Below, piece by piece: positions 60,461-64,000 of a stretch of 64,000 nucleotides of DNA. The translations under genes and the position numbers were made by a program. Numbering within the stretch: the stretch's first letter is position 1; the number at the start of each line of letters is the position of its first letter. Source of the stretch: Octopus sinensis (lineage: Eukaryota); assembly GCF_006345805.1 (NCBI RefSeq), contig NC_042999.1, positions 123,628,001-123,692,000 of the forward strand, in the 5' to 3' direction. The notes beneath the pieces were generated by a model. The model saw nothing but the letters and a program-made list of their open reading frames with translations. It searched no databases and had not been told where the DNA came from.

Positions 60461-63400
60461 ATACATATATATTAACAATGCATATGTGTGTGTGTGTGTG
60501 TGTGTGTAGACAATGCCAAAAATGTAATTAGTCTGATAAGCAAGCTCTCACTCAACAATACAGAAAATAAAAAATCCAAGAAAACTAATAATAGTATGTG
60601 CTGATGAAAAGGAAAAAGAACACAATTAATTGAATAAAAGGTAACTTTGTGTGCCACACATAAGTTCTTATATTTCTCTTGTATTTTTTTCTTTTTTCAA
60701 AGGCCTGGTTTAAAATGCCAGAACTTTTCCCCGTCCTTACAACTCACTGACTTTATTTTATGAATCTTTAAAACTTAATACTCTATGGTTATTGCTCTAA
60801 CTATTGAGTGTGTTTTCTGATGTCTGTCACTTCTATAGGTAAAATGTTTTTTACTCTCTGGGATTTACTATCTGCATATTGCCCCTATCAAAAGCCTTCA
60901 TAGTACAACTGCTTTGTCTCCTCATTTCTTCTCTAAAATTGCTTCCTTCTAGATTCTCACTCTCATCTACATTACATCTCCAACTATTAATCTGCATGAA
61001 TTCCAACTGAATAGAAATAGAACAGGCCTGGTCAATTATTTTTTCTTTTAAAAAGAGTTGCCTGAACCAGCTATGATTAAGTACTTTCCCACCTTTTAAA
61101 CTAACACTTATAACCAAAAATCTAGAGAATCATACTGAAGATAACATCAAAACAATTATGATGAATATAAAACTTTTAAGAATATTAACTGCTTTTAATT
61201 AAAATTAAGACTACTATCTTCTTAGTGTTAATATCATCACTTTATTATTATTAGTTTTTGTTTTTTGTTTTGGTTTGTATTTTTTTATCAAAGAAACTAG
61301 TCAAATATGTTAGAACTAATGCAAGATAAATATTGAATTCATTTAAAAAATTACACACAAAACTTATTTACTATTGAATGAGTTCATCCATAAAAATATC
61401 AAAAAGAAAAAAAAAACAACAATCAATTAACTTCCAAGTCATTTAAGATTTTTAAATATTAATTACTGGTTAAAAAATAAGAGACATTTTAATTTGCAAT
61501 TACATGCTTAATATAGATAAGTAGTAAAGTATTAAATATATAGGACCAGCAATTGAACACTAAGTAAAATATCAAAGAATAAAATATTGCTATCTCACCA
61601 AAGATTAGAACTTCCTTTTAAATTTTGTTATGATAAAATATATTATTTCATAACATTTGCTTCATATTATGTTCAAAGATATTTCAAAATCGTTTGATAA
61701 TATAACTAGAGTCGTAGGTGGTCAAGTTGATAGAGAGTTAGCTATTATTTTCTTTTGGCTGGGTGGAGTTATTAGCTGTATTCTCTTATTGTATTGTGAA
61801 TATAACTATCAAATGGTGTAGTTCATCTGGCAGTAATTAAGTATGATAAGAGATATAATCTATTACTTAAAGTAATAGAAGTACTACATGAATGAATGAA
61901 TTTTATTTGTTTGAAGAGCTGGGTGGATGTTCTTCAGAGAATATGTAGTAGAGAAGTTTGAGTTAACTTGTCTTAGATATATACAGTACAAGAATCTGAC
62001 ATCTGCAAAGGATCATAATTTTAAACTGGAAGATTGGCAATTTAATCTTATGATTTAAAAACGAATCACCTAATTTTGGTGACATATTTTTAATAAAAAA
62101 GTAAATTTAAGAAACAAAAAATATTGTTCAATGTAGCTAAAATATTCATGAATTTGTTCTCAAAATTAGTTTAATTTCATTGTACCAGAAGCAATTAGCA
62201 AATTTAAGCTGACTAACATGAACACAGTTTTCATTTGCAGAATTTTAGTGAAAATTTAAAGAGTCTTAAGAGCATTCTCAAAACTTTTGAATAAATTATT
62301 CAAATTTTAGCAATATCAGAATAACTTTTTTTAATTATAAAAGTCTAATGAATAATTTAGACATTTTTATTGTTTTACTGTTTGATTTTTTTAAAACTGA
62401 TATTCAATAAATTCATATTCATATAATAATATACACATGTGCATACAAACAAAATATGTATGCAAGTGTAAATTTTATACAAGAATTTGGATGTTTTTAT
62501 AAGTAGAATCATTATAGACAAATCAGATACGAGTTTGGTGTTATATTTCCAGGAGTGTGATTTGAAGAAATCTTATTGAAAAGAATCAGTTCAATTGTAA
62601 TCACATCTCAGAATATGAAACCTGAATACATGAAATTTAGAGAGCAAAGTGAAGCTGGGGGAAGATTCCTTTCATTCACCGGAAGTTTCATTTGTTTAGT
62701 GGCAAACTTTATCAACACGTCATATTCAGAAAAGGATGTTTTGATGTAATTATAAAAATCAATTTCTACAGCAGCCAAGGCAGCAACAAGAAAAAAGAAG
62801 CTAAAGAAGAAGGTTTCAACTCTTCACCTAATATTCAATCAAAAGAAGGCAGGATTTCTCCCTGGTTGACAATTAGATTGAATGCTATGATTTAGAAAGA
62901 GATTTCTTTACATGAGCTACTCACATGAATATGGTCAATTTCTCATTTAAGTATTTAGCCAGATAAAGCATTTAGTAAATCCAAAATACCTCTATAGTAT
63001 TTTCAGACAGTCTTCATAGGCTTAATGGGAAGGAAGAAGGCAACAAAACGCAGCTTGATAGGTCACATGTTTGGCAAACTATTTTATCTTTTAGAGTGAT
63101 TCTGAAAATCTGTCTAAATCAATGACTATCAATATGGATTGCAGACATGGAGCTTGAATGCACTTGATCTGCAGCCAAAGAAAGGAAGAAATATATTTCA
63201 GGAATTTGTTCAAGTAAACACATTTCAACTGAGTGTTTGTGGGGAAGAGAAAAAGATACAAAAATATATTAACAATATATATATAAGGGAAAAAGTGCAA
63301 GAAAGACCATAAGGAAAGAAGACATTACATCACAAGGAAAATGAAAACAGGGCAAAAAAAAAAAGAAATTTAGAATTGAAAGAACATATAAGTCATGTGG

Positions 63401-64000
63401 AGGAAAGCTGGTAAAAAGATCATTAAAAGGAGAATAAAAAAGAAAATGTGTTGATAATGATTGTCATTTGTATAGCATTGTCAGGATTCACCTTGATGAA
63501 GTAGATTTTAAAGTTTATTAATGATTTTTATAAGTTTGCTCCTGTCTAAAGTTTGACCTAAATAAGTTGTATTACTTGAATCTTTAAGATGACACTTTCA
63601 TTTCACTTTAACAGTCTTACTCTAGATGTTACCTACTGTTACTAATTTGTTTTATTATTTTCATTCAAACTACATAACTAAATTAGTGTACATATTTTTT
63701 TTTCCAGTTTAGATTCCTTTCATTTTTAGCCTGCTTCCTAAATCTTAAATCTAATAAATTCTCGAGGCTCTTATTACAGCCACAATAAGTAATAATCAAT
63801 TATTTTCCATTAAATAGCTAATATCACTCTGTTTCAGTATTCAAACAGTTAAAATTTCACTTCAGTTATTGAATAAATATTATTTGAATGTCTTCTGATT
63901 TAATTACAAAAACACTTCTTTCAGTTCAACTCCATTCTTTCAAAAACACTTCTTTTGTTCAACTCCATTCTTTCATATACTTCTTTCACCTGCTTCTTAT

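Noticed and set aside
62620-63160. REQSEAGGRF and TINMDC strings resembling negative-strand virus L-protein motifs F and A
   Set aside because: Spacing is too long and a different frame is more open over the same interval; kept only as part of the general 55-64 kb finding
63907-63973. 33-34-bp tandem duplication (similar small ones at 24520-24580 and 34905-34935)
   Set aside because: Ordinary local slippage duplications with no further structure

Overview
AT-rich metazoan genomic DNA, dominated by microsatellites and transposon relics. The repeat spectrum resembles octopus/coleoid cephalopod DNA; this is my inference from recalled repeat families, not a search. No host protein-coding gene can be called with confidence, and most ORFs in the supplied track are microsatellite translations. 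Supported content: RTE-clade LINEs (a young 5'-truncated copy at 10.2-13.1 kb plus many tails), a CR1-clade LINE with an open RT frame (39.4-41.0 kb), several restriction-like-endonuclease LINE fragments, a Penelope-like RT/GIY-YIG relic (43.6-44.7 kb), five Tc1/mariner relics (two full-length with TIRs and TA flanks), four tRNA-SINE families and a U6 snRNA pseudogene inside a fold-back. Most notable observations: (1) six minimal type I hammerhead-ribozyme-like motifs from two families, three with CCGA instead of the canonical CUGA core; (2) an unidentified, decayed, apparently intronless coding sequence in inverted paralogous copies (35.3-36.5 and 41.9-42.8 kb) with synonymous-biased divergence, a 232-bp perfectly identical tract, and an upstream module shared with a third ORF-like segment at 45.3 kb; (3) a repeat-poor, coding-like, divergently oriented block at about 55.5-64 kb; (4) a CpG-retaining island at 18.2-20.4 kb; (5) several long fold-back hairpins.
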